From positions 1,601,008 to 1,665,007 of the forward strand of contig CAXXLF010000002.1 of the NCBI GenBank assembly GCA_963664015.2: DNA of 64,000 nucleotides, in the 5' to 3' direction. The stretch comes from Candidatus Binatia bacterium (GTDB lineage Bacteria > Desulfobacterota > Binatia > UBA9968 > CAXXLF01). The first letter of the stretch is position 1. Every line of letters begins with the position of its first letter. The position numbers and the translations under genes are program-made. Below, one piece after another: positions 28,346-38,263 of this stretch. Under the pieces are notes generated by a model. That model worked only from the letters and a program-made list of their open reading frames with translations, did not search any database and was not told where the DNA came from.

Positions 28346-29347
28346 CTAGTTATTATTATTGGATTTTAATGGCACGGGCAGCAAAGCACCGTTCTTCGCA
28401 GTACGGAGCAGCTCCCTCATGGCGCGAAGATCCACCGCTAACTCCAAATCTCGGACCTGCTCGATAAGTTCTGCCAACAGGACCCAGTCCTCCGTGCTCT
28501 GCTGACGGTAGATCTGAAAGTAGGCTTTTCCATTCTTCAACCCGACCTTGGTACGCTGGTAAATGACCTCTACGGGTGTCTTGGAAGGTACCTGGGGATA
28601 TAGATACGCGATGTCTTCCGGATACAGCCGGATACAGCCGTGGGTGACATGGCGTCCTACGGCCCAGGGATTGTTTGTTCCATGGATGCCGTAGGTCGTT
28701 GTCGATAGACGCATCCAGTAGCTGCCTAGTGGATTATCCGGGCCCGGCGGAATGACCTTCCGTGGTTCATCCATCTCTCTCTGGATTGCGGCGGGTACAT
28801 ACCATACGGGGTTTTTCCGCTTTTCGCCGATCCAAAACTTTCCCGCAGGGGTATCCCATCCCTCCATACCGACACCGAGCGGAAAGGTCATCACCTGGGA
28901 ATCGGGTAGGTAATAGTAGAGCCTCATTTCGGGAATGTTCAGGACAAACCCTTGAGAGCGCTGCCTGGGAAGAATCCACATGGACGGTATATCGATCTCT
29001 ACACCGACCGCCGGCACCCAGGGATCGACCCCTGGATTGGCCTGTATCAATTCTTGATAACCGAGGTGATGGAAACGAGCGATATCCAGAAGGGTTTCAC
29101 CTCCCTGGACTTTGTGCCTCACGGCCTCTCCGATGATGGTCTCATTCTGACCGGCATCTTCCTTATCGCCTGAAATGCCATATGGATATACCTTTGTATT
29201 GGGTTGCCATATCTCTGGTTTCTCTTGTAGCGCTTCGGTGCGGGACGTACCGAACGCCAAAAAGAAAAAGAGGACGACAACTGTTTTTCCTATCCAATGC
29301 ATCAACAAGCCTTTCCTTCTATATAGAACCTCTTCGGCCCAAGTCAA
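28346..29347 (-). CDS. L,D-transpeptidase (YkuD) with a LysM domain
   Basis: 333 aa with a signal/TM segment, LysM (HKVQGGETLLDIARFHHLGYQELIQANP) and the catalytic HGTNNP...THGCIRL. Confidence 0.85.
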   Translation of the reverse strand: MTWAEEVLYRRKGLLMHWIGKTVVVLFFFLAFGTSRTEALQEKPEIWQPNTKVYPYGISGDKEDAGQNETIIGEAVRHKVQGGETLLDIARFHHLGYQELIQANPGVDPWVPAVGVEIDIPSMWILPRQRSQGFVLNIPEMRLYYYLPDSQVMTFPLGVGMEGWDTPAGKFWIGEKRKNPVWYVPAAIQREMDEPRKVIPPGPDNPLGSYWMRLSTTTYGIHGTNNPWAVGRHVTHGCIRLYPEDIAYLYPQVPSKTPVEVIYQRTKVGLKNGKAYFQIYRQQSTEDWVLLAELIEQVRDLELAVDLRAMRELLRTAKNGALLPVPLKSNNNN

Positions 29348-29412
29348 GTGGTTGATTTTTACTCAGGTGGGTTATAGGATTCGAACCCTAGGCGAGAGAG
29401 GGAAATGAACCG

Positions 29413-30276
29413 ATGCCTCTTGTGAATGCACTGGCTGCGAGCCATGCACCCAACATCCTTATGGAACCGGGCGCGGAGTGGGAGGACTTCATGAAGCTCC
29501 ACTACCGTATGGCTCCGCATACTTCGGGGTCTGGACCCTCTCTGGAAGTCCAAAAGAAGCTCCGGGCCGATGCAGAAAAGGCTTTTAGCGTGCTTCAGGC
29601 AGAGTTAATCGCCTCCCGTCCGGATGCGCTGATTGTCGTAGCCAATGACCAGTTTGTTAATTTTTTCTACAACAACATTCCAACCTTTTATGTGACCTTA
29701 GCGGATGAAGTGGAAGGGCAATTCACTCGGCACCATTTCCATTACCAAAACCACAAAGAGCTGGGCCAAGCCATCCTCAAGTCTGGGCTGGAAAAGGGTA
29801 TTGACCTATCCTTTGGTCGCTACGTGGAATTGCAACACACACAGGTTGTCCCACTCTATTTTCTCCTGCCTGAACCCACAATTCCAATCCTTCCCATCTA
29901 TGTGAATACATGGGTAAGCCCACTGCCCACGCCCCTTCGTTGCTACCGCTTAGGAGAAGTCATTCGGGAGGTTGCCGAGGAGCGTGGGGAACGAGTAGCC
30001 ATCATGGCTACCGGTGGCCTATCACACTTTCCCGGTTCCCCGAAGATCGGGGAGATCGATACGGAATTCGACCATAAGCTTTTACAAATCATACGTGATG
30101 GCCAGGGCAGAACCCTAACGGCGCACTCTTCTGATTACTTCTTTCAGGCGGGAAACTCCGAGTTCCTTAACTGGATGGTTGTTTTGGGAGTCGTCGGGGA
30201 AACCAAGGCTTCCGCGACTTTTTACATGCCGGACCAAGTGGCAACAGGTTGGGGGTTCGCCAGCTGGAGGCTATGA
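29413..30276 (+). CDS. class III extradiol ring-cleavage dioxygenase, LigB family
   Basis: 287 aa with a LigB-like layout (N-terminal ASHAPN, ...MATGGLSHFPG...). Confidence 0.7.
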   Translation: MPLVNALAASHAPNILMEPGAEWEDFMKLHYRMAPHTSGSGPSLEVQKKLRADAEKAFSVLQAELIASRPDALIVVANDQFVNFFYNNIPTFYVTLADEVEGQFTRHHFHYQNHKELGQAILKSGLEKGIDLSFGRYVELQHTQVVPLYFLLPEPTIPILPIYVNTWVSPLPTPLRCYRLGEVIREVAEERGERVAIMATGGLSHFPGSPKIGEIDTEFDHKLLQIIRDGQGRTLTAHSSDYFFQAGNSEFLNWMVVLGVVGETKASATFYMPDQVATGWGFASWRL

Positions 30277-30370
30277 GGAACCAAATCGTTATTCGTCAAT
30301 AGTCAATCGTGAGTTTGGAGTTGAGCTTTCGGACTCATGACCATCGACCCCATAACTAACAACCTCGTCG

Positions 30371-30625
30371 GTGACGCTTATGAGCAGTTACCATCTAAAT
30401 CGATTCCTTTTCGACCTGAAGATGAACGAAGCCACGTTGAGGCAGGCACGGACTGATCTTAGTGCGGCTATGGATCCATACGACCTCACACCCGAAGAAA
30501 AGGATGCACTGAGTGCCCGAGACCCCAAGCGGGTGAGGCAACTGGGGGCACACGGCATGCTTGCCCTTTGGATTATGCAATTGGACCCTGAGTTTCAAAC
30601 GAATACTTATTGGACGCAGAAATAG
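30371..30625 (+). CDS. LigA-like (aromatic ring-opening dioxygenase alpha-subunit domain) small protein
   Basis: 84 aa. YHLNRFLFDL...LTPEEKDALSARD...LGAHG resembles the LigA domain. Confidence 0.5.
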   Translation: MTLMSSYHLNRFLFDLKMNEATLRQARTDLSAAMDPYDLTPEEKDALSARDPKRVRQLGAHGMLALWIMQLDPEFQTNTYWTQK

Positions 30626-30674
30626 GAAGAGAGACAGAGATAGAGACAGGGAAACGAAAAGAGCAAGACACAGA

Positions 30675-30885
30675 GGGCAAAGCCCAATGCGCAATGAGAC
30701 TACTGACCACTGAACTACAGGACCACAAAATAGCAAGCAGCATACAGAAAGAGAGCCGAATCCGAATACTGAGAACCGTTTACTGAAAACTGATAATTAA
30801 ACAATAAGCTCAATCCGGAGCTGAACGCTGACAGCTGACGGCTGAGAGCTAAACTCCGGGGGCTAAGCGCTTTACGCTATGCAGA
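30675..30885 (-). repeat. intergenic repeat family, copy E (short derivative, same orientation as B)
   Basis: It shares ccgaatccgaatactgagaacc..tttactgaaaactgata and gctgaacgctgacagctgacggctgagagcta with copy B. It is preceded by a purine-rich tract at 30627-30675. Confidence 0.5.
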
Positions 30886-30940
30886 AAGGGCTAGCCACTC
30901 AACACTATTATGCTAAAAGCATCGGGGAGGAATTAAAAAG

Positions 30941-31732
30941 ATGGATCTTGGATTAAAGGGTAAGGTAGCAATGGTCGCTGCGGCCAGCAAGGGGATTGGC
31001 CGTGCCATTGCTCTTGGATTCGCTCGTGAGGGAGCCAAAGTCAGCATCTGCGCGCGGGGCGAAGCGGCCCTGGAAGAAACCGCTGACGCAATCCGCCGCG
31101 AAGGGAATGGCGAGGTACTGGCGTTGAGTGCCGACGTAAGCCGCTCAGAGGACATTCAGAAATTCGTGTCCCAAACGGCCAATCAATTTGGACGCATCGA
31201 CATCGTCGTAACCAATGCGGGGGGCCCCCCACCCGGTGAGTTCATGAAATTTACGGATACCGACTGGGAAAACGCCTTTCAGCTAAGTTTTTTAAGTGCC
31301 ATGCGGCTCACGCGCGAATCCGTCCCACACCTGCGCAAGGCCGGTGGTGGAAGGGTCATCAATATCAGCTCCTTTGCGGTGAAAGAGCCCATTCCTGGTC
31401 TTGTGCTCTCCAATGCGATACGAAATGCGGTCATCGGCATGGCCAAGACCCTGTCTAGTGAACTGGCTAAAGACAAGATCTTGATTAACAATGTTTGTCC
31501 GGGGAGAGTTGACACCGAACGGCACCGCAAGCTAAACGAAGACCGAGCCAAGCGCTGGGACCGCCCGCTGGATGAAGTTAACAACCAGATGAAGGCGGAG
31601 GTTCCCCTGGGTCGCTACGGTGATCCAGCCGAGGTTGGGGACCTGGTGGTCTTCCTTGCCTCGGAACGGGCCAGTTATGTCACCGGAACAACTATTCAAA
31701 TCGACGGCGGCTTAGTCAAAACTACTTTTTAG
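30941..31732 (+). CDS. short-chain dehydrogenase/reductase (FabG-like)
   Basis: 263 aa with the AAASKGIGRAIA cofactor motif. NAG and the catalytic Ser/Lys context are present. Confidence 0.8.
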   Translation: MDLGLKGKVAMVAAASKGIGRAIALGFAREGAKVSICARGEAALEETADAIRREGNGEVLALSADVSRSEDIQKFVSQTANQFGRIDIVVTNAGGPPPGEFMKFTDTDWENAFQLSFLSAMRLTRESVPHLRKAGGGRVINISSFAVKEPIPGLVLSNAIRNAVIGMAKTLSSELAKDKILINNVCPGRVDTERHRKLNEDRAKRWDRPLDEVNNQMKAEVPLGRYGDPAEVGDLVVFLASERASYVTGTTIQIDGGLVKTTF

Positions 31733-31743
31733 AGGTCTGAACT

Positions 31744-32076
31744 ATGGTACTCTATTTCCTTCAGTGGGACCTTCCCAATCAGAAAGCCAATCTCACGATT
31801 TACGCCAACAAGGCGAAAAACGACTGGCTGCCTATGACCCTGGGGCACCCGGGCGTTCAGGAGATACGCAATTTCCGCAATCCATTGGAAATAACACCCC
31901 AGGTGGCGATCAGCATCGAGTTCGAGTCGATGGCTGCTTGGCGGAGTTTTATCGATTCACCGGATTACACTCGCATCATGCGAGAGTTAAGGATCTTGGG
32001 TTGCCACAACTTCACCGCCCATCTCTGGGCCCCCTCCAGGTACTTTCCCGATTCGATTCGCCCCGAGCAGAAGTGA
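31744..32076 (+). CDS. hypothetical small protein (possibly an alpha+beta barrel)
   Basis: 110-aa ORF starting 11 nt after the SDR stop. I recognised no motif. Confidence 0.35.
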   Translation: MVLYFLQWDLPNQKANLTIYANKAKNDWLPMTLGHPGVQEIRNFRNPLEITPQVAISIEFESMAAWRSFIDSPDYTRIMRELRILGCHNFTAHLWAPSRYFPDSIRPEQK

Positions 32077-32221
32077 AGCCTCCACAGGTCTACACCCGTG
32101 GCACCCCTCCTTATCTTTGCCGGCTTTCGCCGATGCGTGTTCCTTTGCTCTTCAAGCCTCGGACGGTCCGAGCGGGCCATGGCATACTCCGAAGGCGGAT
32201 AACAAATGATCGTCGCTGGGT

Positions 32222-32878
32222 TTAGCGGTATGACTTGACCCCGATCCGATCGCAATAACTTGCGACCGGACACTGAGAACATACTGGCGAGATGGGACGA
32301 CAGAGGTGTTGCCCGAAGGTAACCAATAGGTCGTTGTATTCGATCCAATACTTTTTCGGCAGCTTTTCTCTCAAGGCGAATTCGGTCTTCTCTGGATTTT
32401 TCGTTATGACGTAGCCCCAGCGGTTGGATATTCGATGCACATGGGTGTCCACGCAGATACCGGGCTTGCCAAAACCAAGCGTAACGACCAGATTGGCGGT
32501 CTTTCGCCCTACCCCTTTGAACTCTAGCAGCTGATCGATGTCGTTGGGCACCTGCCCCGAATGTTTTTCAACTATAGTCCGACAGATCTCACGGATGTTC
32601 AAAGCTTTGACCCGATAGAAGCCCACCGGAAATATCGCTTTTTCAATGGTCTTGGCAGAAAGGTGTTGCATCTTTTGCGCGGTGTCGGCCAAGGCAAACA
32701 GCCGACGGCAGGCCTGGGAGGTTGTGTTGTCTTGAGTCCTGAGGCTCAAGATACAAGAGATCAGGATGTGAAAGGCGCTATGCCTGGATTCGGCCATGAG
32801 GGTGACGATGGGGGTGTCCCACCGGGGGACTTCCCGTCTCAGGATACGGATCGCTTGGTGAATTTCCCGGGATTTCAC
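32222..32878 (-). CDS. nth: endonuclease III
   Basis: 218 aa with HhH-GPD (LLEFKGVGRKTANLV), VDTHVHR and the C-terminal 4Fe-4S cluster loop C..x..CSQCPVASYC. Confidence 0.9.
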   Translation of the reverse strand: MKSREIHQAIRILRREVPRWDTPIVTLMAESRHSAFHILISCILSLRTQDNTTSQACRRLFALADTAQKMQHLSAKTIEKAIFPVGFYRVKALNIREICRTIVEKHSGQVPNDIDQLLEFKGVGRKTANLVVTLGFGKPGICVDTHVHRISNRWGYVITKNPEKTEFALREKLPKKYWIEYNDLLVTFGQHLCRPISPVCSQCPVASYCDRIGVKSYR

Positions 32879-32973
32879 TAGTGTAGATTTTACGGTCGTG
32901 ATTCGATAGATTGGATTAAGAAACTCTTAACTACCACAGATCGGGTCCAGGCGGAACATTTTTTGACAACTCC

Positions 32974-33537
32974 ATGAAGATCGAAAAAGTATTGACAGCT
33001 CTTCAGTCACGTGAGCCCAAATACCTGAGCGGCGACCACTTCAGACCAGCCGCCGTACTGGTTCCTATTCAGGAACGGGAAGACGGTGACCACATCGTAC
33101 TGACCCGAAGGGCGGAAGGACTCAACTCCCACGGTGGGCAGGTGGCCTTTCCCGGCGGTCGACTGGATCCCACGGATGCGGGTCCTCTAGCAGCGGCGCT
33201 CCGCGAGAGCCAGGAAGAGGTGGGAATCGACCCCCGGCATGTCCGCGTCCTTGGACAGTTGGACCAGGTCACGGCCTCTTCCAGCTTCCTGGTCACACCT
33301 TTTGTCGGGCTAATTCCCTTTCCCTACGACTTCACGTTGAATCCTAGCGAGACTACGGAGGTCTTTTCCGTACCCGTTTCGGCTCTCCTGGACGCCGACA
33401 TCATGAGCGTAGACACGAAACGGTACGGCGCCGGGCGGCCCATTTACCACTTCCAGTATCAACACTGGGACATCTGGGGCGCCACGGCAAAAGTGATCAA
33501 GCAATTCTTGGAACTAGCCTATGACCACAAAGTCTAA
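32974..33537 (+). CDS. NUDIX hydrolase, CoA pyrophosphatase-like
   Basis: 187 aa with GGQVAFPGGRLDP....AALRESQEEVGI. Confidence 0.7.
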   Translation: MKIEKVLTALQSREPKYLSGDHFRPAAVLVPIQEREDGDHIVLTRRAEGLNSHGGQVAFPGGRLDPTDAGPLAAALRESQEEVGIDPRHVRVLGQLDQVTASSSFLVTPFVGLIPFPYDFTLNPSETTEVFSVPVSALLDADIMSVDTKRYGAGRPIYHFQYQHWDIWGATAKVIKQFLELAYDHKV

Positions 33538-33544
33538 AACGAAG

Positions 33545-33804
33545 CCGCATAGCGCAGAGAGCAAAGCGTTAAAAATACTAACCGCAGATTTTCGCCGATT
33601 AACACGGATCTTTTCTGGCCGGTCCGGCCAGATCGAAACCCCTCTTATCTGCGAGTATCTGCGTAAAGCTGCGGTTGAAGAATCCGGATTCGAATACTGT
33701 AAACTGGAGACTGAAAACTAAATACTTAACACTTCTTAGCTGAAGGCTGACAGCTGATGGCTATTAGTCAGACATTAAGTGATTGACGGTGCGCCTTTCG
33801 CGGC
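33545..33804 (-). repeat. MITE-like intergenic repeat, copy B (inverted relative to copy C)
   Basis: The reverse complement aligns with 38900-39085 at roughly 85% identity by eye (cagctgtcagc.ttcagctaagaagtgtt ... attcg.atccggattctt..accgca..tttacgcagata...gcagataagag ... atccg.gttaatcggcgaaaatctgcggtta). The internal palindrome CTGGCCGG-T-CCGGCCAG lies at 33614-33630. Confidence 0.75.
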
Positions 33805-33847
33805 GTGCCCTACATAACACATGCCCATGTTCGGGGTCAGAATAAAT

Positions 33848-34552
33848 TCACCCGCAAGTTGTTTCACAGCATGACCCAATAGGGATAACGTCGAGCCACA
33901 CCTTGGGTTTCAACAGTGTACCCCCCTGCTTCAGCGCAGCCTCCAGTTCGCCCGGCCGGACGAACTTATTCCACCTCAGAGTGCCCTGGGGAATCTTTCT
34001 CAGGATATTCTGAAACCCGATGCTAACGATAAACAAGGTCATCAGGGTTCGATTGATACCGCTAAATAGAAATATGCCGTTCGGCTTAAGCATTCGGGCG
34101 ATATTACGTGCGGCCACATGCAGTTCGGAGACGTGCTCCAATACGAACGAGGCAACCACCACATCAAAGGATTCATCGGGGAACCCAAGATTTTCCAGGG
34201 AGCCAACTTGGCAATCGATATTAATCCCAACTCGAGTAGCGTGTTACCTGGCGGTTTCAATGGCACCGGGTCGGACATCGATGCCCGTGACCAGCGCCCC
34301 TGCTCTCGAAAAGGTTTCCGAGAGAAGCCCACCACCGCAGCCGGCGTCAAGCAGTCGAGTCCCCTGAACTTTGTCTCCCACAGCGCGCATGAAAAGTCCG
34401 AGGGTTACAGGATGCATGGCGTGAAGGGAGATCAACGCCACCTTTTTGTCCCGCCAGGTTTCTTCTAGACGCCCATAGAGGTCGACGTTGCTGGCTTTTT
34501 CACTCACGGCGGTCTCCTTCCGAAAATGAACTTCCTTCGGCGGGCGGGTCAA
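33848..34552 (-). pseudogene. class I SAM-dependent methyltransferase (UbiG-like) with a single in-frame TAA
   Basis: ORFs 34244..34552 and 33848..34162 are in the same frame. ...LLDAGCGGGLLSE...VTGIDVRPGAIETAR, TAA (34244-34246), then HATRVGINIDC...FDVVVASFVLEHV...LKPNGIFLFSGINRT follows the UbiG block order. Confidence 0.7.
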
Positions 34553-34850
34553 TAATACACTCGATCTTAAACTGGCTTGTCAAAGGCGCTTGGGGACCTA
34601 TTTCCCAGCAGGTACGGTTATAATGGTGAATTACCAGCCACCGTTCCTCTAGGGCATGCATCAATATGCATGACTGTTCAGCGGGTGTCAAATTTGCCTT
34701 GCCTGCTGAGGCGCGACACCTGCTGGGATTCCATCGGACGGGAGTGAAGACCGGCTGAGGGTCTAGACGGGAACACCGGGTTTCTATTATTTCATTGGAG
34801 GTTTTATGATAATAATAACGAGGTAAATCCTTACCTGGGACAAAACTAAA

Positions 34851-36401
34851 TTGAGGAGTCATCCCATTACTTTCCTGCTTTCCCTGGCATGCGCGCTCCT
34901 CCTCGCTGTTCCATTCCTTTTTCCGATTCTATTCCCGTTGTCCTGGATTGCCTTGGTTCCCTTGTTCGTGTTGATTCAACCGGTGAATCTCCGTCAGGCG
35001 TTTCTCTTGGCCTGGTTGACTGGCGGGATAACGAACATCCTTGGTTTTTACTGGCTCAATCACACCATCGGGGTGTTCGGCGGATTTCCCCACGGACTGA
35101 GTGAACTAATTTTTTTGGGGTTTGCCGCCTACGCAGGTCTTCCCATAGCCCTATTTGCGCTGCTCGTTCGGTTTTATGGTCTGGGAGTGTTCGGTCTGTT
35201 TCCTGCTCTGGCCTGGGTTACCATTGAGTTCTGGTTTCCCCAGCTGTTTCCCTGGCACATGGCCAATAGTCAGTCCGCCTTTCTTCCATTGATTCAGTGG
35301 GCGGATATCGTTGGACCCTACGGAACAAGCTTCCTGCTCGTTTGGGTTAATACGCTTGTATTTAAAGTTGTTCACGCCAAACTTTCGCCTCAGTCCTCGC
35401 TATCCAAATCTTCCCAACGTGATTTAAAGGTGAGCGTACCGGAATGGGTTACCGTCGGAGTCTTGCTCGCGGCCGTTCTGGTCTATGGGTTCGTCAAGCT
35501 GGGAATTGTCGGTCGGCAAATGGCGACCGCCCCTTCGTTGGCGATTGCAACAGTACAGGGAGACATCGACATCCGTGTCAAAGGAAAGATCACCTATCTG
35601 GAGAGCAATTTAAAAATATATAAGGAACTAACCGAAGAAATCAAAGCAGCGGATCTGATCATCTGGCCCGAATCTGCAGTGGAAGCTTGGCTCCCGGAAA
35701 ATCTGAGACGGCTCCCGGAAAATATCCTGCCATCGCTACCCCCCGGTAACCCTTTCTTCCTTTTTGGTGCACGCAGCACGCGTGAAAACCCGGCCTCCCC
35801 AATTCCTACCTTCTTCAACAGCGCCTTTCTAGTAGACAAGGAGGGCAATGTGATCAACCACTACCACAAACAGGTATTGCTCGCTTTCGGCGAATACATC
35901 CCGCTTCGTGCGGTCCTTTCCAAACTGCCAGGCATGCCTCCCATCGGCAAAGGGTTCACTCCCGGCAAGGGCCCCCGTGTACTTGATCTGTCCCCGACCA
36001 TCAAGCTGGCTTCCCTCATCTGCTACGAGGACCTGATGCCCGGGCTGGCGCGCCGGTTTGTGGCCGGCAACCAGGCTAATCTGCTGATCAACCTCACCAA
36101 CGATGGGTGGTTCGGCGACAGCGTTGCTCCCTGGCAGCATGCCAACCTGGCCAAGTGGCGGGCCATTGAAACAAGACGCACCCTGGTTCGCGCAACTAAC
36201 GCAGGTCTCACTTCTATCATCAGCCCCAAGGGGGAAATCCTGAACACCCTTCCCCCCTTCTCCTCAGGGGTACTCACCGCTACCGTCCCACTCCTGCAAG
36301 GTGAAACGTTCTACGTTCGCTTTGGAGACTGGTTTATCTGGCTCGCAGCAGCAGCTCTCATCTGTTTTTTAATTGTTCGTCCGTGTGCCGCTCTTTTTTA
36401 G
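34851..36401 (+). CDS. lnt: apolipoprotein N-acyltransferase
   Basis: 516 aa with an N-terminal polytopic domain and a CN-hydrolase domain (WPE, ...HYHKQ.L..FGEYIP, ICYE). Confidence 0.85.
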   Translation: MRSHPITFLLSLACALLLAVPFLFPILFPLSWIALVPLFVLIQPVNLRQAFLLAWLTGGITNILGFYWLNHTIGVFGGFPHGLSELIFLGFAAYAGLPIALFALLVRFYGLGVFGLFPALAWVTIEFWFPQLFPWHMANSQSAFLPLIQWADIVGPYGTSFLLVWVNTLVFKVVHAKLSPQSSLSKSSQRDLKVSVPEWVTVGVLLAAVLVYGFVKLGIVGRQMATAPSLAIATVQGDIDIRVKGKITYLESNLKIYKELTEEIKAADLIIWPESAVEAWLPENLRRLPENILPSLPPGNPFFLFGARSTRENPASPIPTFFNSAFLVDKEGNVINHYHKQVLLAFGEYIPLRAVLSKLPGMPPIGKGFTPGKGPRVLDLSPTIKLASLICYEDLMPGLARRFVAGNQANLLINLTNDGWFGDSVAPWQHANLAKWRAIETRRTLVRATNAGLTSIISPKGEILNTLPPFSSGVLTATVPLLQGETFYVRFGDWFIWLAAAALICFLIVRPCAALF

Positions 36402-37024
36402 GCGCCCTTGGCAGATATCGCCTTCTTGCTCGACAACAGACGGGAGCGTAGCCGACCCGCTGCCACAGCGATTCGATAACCCAACAGCAAGGCCAAGACC
36501 GCCGTGTATATCAAGGGCTCTTGAAGATCGGCCTTGACCAACCACAGATAATGGACCACCCCACCCAGGGCGGCCACGTAAATCAAGCGATGCAGCCACT
36601 GCCAGCAACGGCCACCAAGTCTTCTGATCATGCCGCTAGTAGAGGTCAGGGCCAGCGGAACAAGCAAGACAAAGCTTAAAAACCCCACCGTAATGAAAGG
36701 GCGTTTCACTATATCCTTGAGGATCGCTATGATATCAAAGAACTGATCGAGCCAGATATAGGTGACAAAATGCAGGGAGACATAGAAAAAGGCGAACAGC
36801 CCCAGCATACGCCTGAACTTCATCAAATTCGGATAACTAAAAATACGACGCAGCGGCGTTATCCCCAGCGTCAGCGTAAGAAAAATTAGAGTCCACGTCC
36901 CGGTGGAGCGGGTGATGAATTCAATGGGGTTAGCACCCAGGCCATCGGTTGTTGCGAGCCAGCCCAGCCGAATCAGCGGGTAAAGACTGACGAGGAAAAC
37001 AGCAACTTTGACGGTAGTGAGCAA
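36398..37024 (-). CDS. msrQ: protein-methionine-sulfoxide reductase heme-binding subunit MsrQ
   Basis: 208 aa with the YedZ-like 6-TM ferric-reductase fold. It lies immediately downstream of msrP. Confidence 0.8.
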   Translation of the reverse strand: MLTTVKVAVFLVSLYPLIRLGWLATTDGLGANPIEFITRSTGTWTLIFLTLTLGITPLRRIFSYPNLMKFRRMLGLFAFFYVSLHFVTYIWLDQFFDIIAILKDIVKRPFITVGFLSFVLLVPLALTSTSGMIRRLGGRCWQWLHRLIYVAALGGVVHYLWLVKADLQEPLIYTAVLALLLGYRIAVAAGRLRSRLLSSKKAISAKGA

Positions 37025-37049
37025 ATACGCGGGCTCCCCTGGAATCTTC

Positions 37050-38012
37050 TTAATAGTAGGCTGCCAGGTTCATGCCCTTATAGAGACCGGCTACTTGGTC
37101 GGCGTAACCGTTGAAGAGTAGCGTCTTGCGTTTGCGGAATTCTCCGATGCGACGTTCACGGACCTGGCTCCAGCGTGGATGGCTGACTTCCGGATTTACA
37201 TTGGAATAGAAACCATACTCCCGAGGGTTGGCCTTCATCCAAGCCGACTTGGGCTGCTTTTCCACGAAGCGGATGCTCACAATGGACTTGACGCTTTTGA
37301 AGCCGTATTTCCATGGGACCACCAACCGGATGGGGGCCCCGTTTTGGTTGGGCATGCTTTCCCCGTAGAGTCCCACCGCAAGGATGGCCAGAGGGTGGAC
37401 CGCTTCATCCATTCGCAGACCCTCCACGTAGGGCCAATCCAGAACCCCGCGGTTCTGCCCGGGCATTTGATCGGGCTCGTGAAGGGTAGTCAACTCGACA
37501 AATTTGGCCTTGGAGGTAGGCTCCACCTGCCGGATCAGGGCATTGAGTGGGAACCCCACCCAGGGGATCACCATGGACCAGGCCTCGACACAGCGCAAAC
37601 GGTAGATGCGCTCCTCCAGAGGGGCTAATTTCATTAAATCATCAATGTCATAAACCTTTTCTCCCTTGACCTCACCGTCTACAACCACGGTCCAGGGTCG
37701 AGTGACCAGACTCTTTGCCATTTTTGCTGGTGAATACTTGTCCGTACCGAATTCATAGAAATTGTTGTACGTCGTAATATCCTTTACGGGGGTCCGTTTT
37801 TCATCCGTACTGAGGGGACTCTTGCTAATGCCTTCCAACTTGGTCCCAGCATGCGCCACCCCTGACTGGATCCCTATTTCGGGCACAACGAGCCCCGTGG
37901 CTACCGCGCCAGCCGTCAAGGAGGCATTGAGCATAAACTGCCGCCGGTTCAGATAAAGGCTCTTGTCGGTGATTTCACTACTCTTTATGTCAGCAGGACT
38001 CTTGATCAGCAT
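37050..38012 (-). CDS. msrP: protein-methionine-sulfoxide reductase catalytic subunit MsrP (Mo-cofactor, Tat-exported)
   Basis: 320 aa with a twin-arginine signal (NRRQFML), a YedY-like sequence and the conserved RCVE.WS. Confidence 0.85.
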   Translation of the reverse strand: MLIKSPADIKSSEITDKSLYLNRRQFMLNASLTAGAVATGLVVPEIGIQSGVAHAGTKLEGISKSPLSTDEKRTPVKDITTYNNFYEFGTDKYSPAKMAKSLVTRPWTVVVDGEVKGEKVYDIDDLMKLAPLEERIYRLRCVEAWSMVIPWVGFPLNALIRQVEPTSKAKFVELTTLHEPDQMPGQNRGVLDWPYVEGLRMDEAVHPLAILAVGLYGESMPNQNGAPIRLVVPWKYGFKSVKSIVSIRFVEKQPKSAWMKANPREYGFYSNVNPEVSHPRWSQVRERRIGEFRKRKTLLFNGYADQVAGLYKGMNLAAYY

Positions 38013-38263
38013 AGATTCTCCCCCTATAGAATGGATCCGTGCACGGTTACCGATACACCCATCATGCCCTGAATCAAACCGTTTTTCAAACTCAAGGCAG
38101 GGCCCCGGCCCAGCATCCGCGGGTCCACGGGAATCCTTGCCCCCTGGAAATCATCATAGAGTAACTATAAATGTGATAAGTCTCCAAATAGTTCCCCATT
38201 GCCATCGGACAGCGGATAAATTCAGGCCATAGAAAGCAAAAAGAGACAGGGGCCACTCAATCC

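Noticed and set aside
29371-29392. tRNA gene or tRNA 3' fragment suggested by GGGTTCGAATCC (minus strand)
   Set aside because: The flanks do not form a T-stem (2 of 5 pairs mismatched). There is no complementary acceptor 5' strand and no D or anticodon arms in the preceding 76 nt. A similar GGTTCGAAT string at 1781-1790 is part of a simple hairpin.
785-34246. In-frame TAA/TAG/TGA codons as evidence of stop-codon reassignment or programmed readthrough
   Set aside because: All three stop codons occur in frame in different genes. The same codons terminate clearly intact genes (for example TAA ends gltB). The affected genes often also carry frameshifts or deletions. A recoded genetic code would affect one codon consistently and would show up in the intact long genes.
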